Assembly: GCA_964573235.1 (NCBI GenBank)
Contig: CAZNIV010000001.1
Location: 3,709-67,708 of the forward strand
DNA: 64,000 nucleotides
DNA from: an uncultured Gammaproteobacteria bacterium
Lineage (GTDB): Bacteria > Patescibacteriota > Patescibacteriia > 2-01-FULL-39-33
Direction of reading: 5' to 3'
In this document: positions 63,701-64,000 of the stretch, piece by piece
Numbering within the stretch: the stretch's first letter is position 1
Layout of the letters: every line of letters starts with the position of its first letter
Made by a program: the position numbers and the translations under genes
The notes under the pieces: generated by a model
The model's input: the letters and a program-made list of their open reading frames with translations, nothing else
Databases searched by the model: none
Told to the model about the DNA's origin: nothing

Positions 63701-63967
63701 AGGAATAGTCATTACAGCGCTAGAACGTAACTTGTTAGCTACGAAAGCATCGGAAGTGACTAAGCTCTTCTGACCATTTTGAATCATGTATACGTCCTCA
63801 GAACCCTGGTACTTAACCAAAGAACCATTAGGTAAATTGGAAGAAGTGGTCAAGGAAACGCCATCCTTAGTATAGTTAGTCTCAAAAGAAGACTGGATGG
63901 TGACTACTTTGGAGGCATAAGTTGTACCGTAAAGAGCCTTGGCAGTTGCATCATCGAGCAAGCTCAA
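60791..63967 (-). CDS. Large (1058 aa) low-complexity T/S/A/G/V/N-rich, Cys-free surface (S-layer-like / Ig-like beta-sandwich repeat) protein; N-terminus carries the shared module
   Basis: N-terminus is MSLLDDATAKALYGTTYASKVVTIQSSFE...PNGSLVKYQGSEDVYMIQNG. There is an in-frame stop 9 codons upstream of the Met and no signal peptide. A strong terminator follows downstream. Confidence 0.6.
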   Translation of the reverse strand: MSLLDDATAKALYGTTYASKVVTIQSSFETNYTKDGVSLTTSSNLPNGSLVKYQGSEDVYMIQNGQKSLVTSDAFVANKLRSSAVMTIPSTMTYTTGASITAEVAAIANPVATATAGGSTTPVVGGLTVALAAATPASTNIASGTAFNPVLKVNLTAGNADVTVTALTLKKAGFVSNTNTVTGIDIIDNAGVRHGNMASSINADNEVVLLFGNTDAVKVPANSTVTLTVRINTGSAAISGTVQFGIASVAAITSNATIGGSFPIWGNSMSLINSNNTVGTVTASMKYVVGATATMNIDATSAQDITKINILTGSAEKVKVSSVTLYNNGNAADTDYKDVELVDSTGAVLATAQPKGNYVTFNLATPYAIDKGMNKDLTVRLKVVGTTDRTIDLVVYNNYDIVVTGNDTGASLIDTASGFPMGTGVNKVTIGKGTMTLAKSSDSPNAAVTPGTSNVVLAKYDVKASGENMELRKISLGLNQVTGLTGSVYVKVNGSSVYSETPTAGNHEVTLQSYYTLTAGQTAVVTVEANVASTATSSNSFVATFDVTSVKRLLTNDIIDPTVSAITANTINVQIGVLKVTTLSTPVAHTTVNVNDHELANIELNANNSGEAVKVSSIVMNDLMGGAGVATQVSNLRMQINGVTVETSNSTSNNAASTTYNFKTPIVVAKNTNVVVKLIGDITGSTSTATHTFSAYGVSAVGQDTGNTVDATKAGSGQAIALTTSGSLNIALVTGSTATPSNAQVKTVGTNDGTYFALTMTARNEALKLRTLKLTATGTALVMNDIRNIRVYVGSASQPILTANQMDSCSSNVCSVTFTSTDNLLASTIGTTDATAITLYVKADIGAKGIAQLGHDFAFRIASSTADIIAVGATSGNAASTVAGSAIGTGYTYIAPAIVTVDAVSPTTATQLSQAAGNTLGIFKITNTGTKAITLTGVKFVKDGGSNVATFGLAVSGDGQSSFNTDISTTSSSVDFGTNFSSSIQGGSYRYLTVKNATAASSTDAVTLSANSNIGDITYSIDEAVYGDDANGNGTQTEVITGLKVVGNPSTATVTLKN

Positions 63968-64000
63968 TTTTGCGCCAGGAGTTACAGCGTAAACTCTAGG

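Noticed and set aside
63968-64000. Possibility that the 1058-aa surface protein extends upstream beyond the annotated Met to include a signal peptide
   Set aside because: Reverse-complement reading shows an in-frame TAG 9 codons upstream of the ATG. Extension in this frame is impossible within the window. Only a frameshift or a different-frame upstream gene could supply a leader.
1-64000. Mobile elements, prophage, CRISPR arrays, rRNA/tRNA genes
   Set aside because: No integrase, transposase, inverted-repeat boundaries, phage structural genes or repeat-spacer arrays were found. All intergenic regions longer than 70 nt were inspected and none contains a tRNA-like GTTC...TCGAATC acceptor/T-arm pattern.

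Overview
This 64 kb window is AT-rich and densely packed, and almost every gene is on the minus strand. That is consistent with a small-genome bacterium of the Patescibacteria/CPR type; the lineage call is an inference from composition and gene content. All calls below come from reading the translated ORFs and the DNA against remembered family motifs; no database, HMM or structure search was run.

From left to right the window contains:
- Housekeeping genes: the rlmN 5' end (partial), a TrmH-family methyltransferase, an ABC-F ATPase, greA, a cell-shape cluster mreB-mreC-mreD-PBP2 with no rodA, rseP, frr, holB and a second MreB paralog.
- Several glycosyltransferase blocks.
- A lower-glycolysis block: two divergent tandem gpmI copies, eno and pgk, with a SIMPL-domain protein between eno and pgk.
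- A group-3b-like [NiFe]-hydrogenase operon that runs straight into the glycolysis block.
- A large envelope polysaccharide / possible protein-glycosylation locus. It holds GT2 and GT4 transferases, a polyprenyl-phosphate priming transferase, a UXS-like SDR, a Zn-ribbon methyltransferase, DUF2304, a Wzy_C-TPR ligase-like protein and a secreted S8 peptidase.
- A surface-protein island: a 1209-aa Cys-rich repeat protein, a membrane-anchored ClpB-D1-like AAA+ protein, a 1213-aa propeller/PKD/poly-Gly protein and a 1058-aa low-complexity protein.
- Two tandem HPS/KGPDC-like paralogs, one of them membrane-anchored.
- An SPFH (band 7) protein.

The most unusual element is inside the hydrogenase operon: a single ORF fuses an N-terminal HypC-like domain (MCLTLP...) to a HydE/HmdB-like radical-SAM domain. 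The same operon also carries two small hydrophobic ORFs, a HypA-like protein lacking the zinc finger, and a large subunit that ends exactly at the DPCxxCxxH histidine. I am not aware of a described HypC/radical-SAM fusion. If the fusion is real, it may act on the Fe(CN)2CO ligand chemistry of [NiFe]-hydrogenase.

Other points of interest:
- A conserved module of about 150-190 aa is shared by the S8 peptidase, the 1213-aa protein and the 1058-aa protein.
- The Cys-rich giant gene carries tandem DNA repeats of about 190-200 bp.
- A GC-rich small ORF with a strong Shine-Dalgarno and its own terminator sits at 36578..36874.
- The UXS-like SDR appears to have lost two catalytic residues.

No rRNA, tRNA, CRISPR array or transposase was seen.
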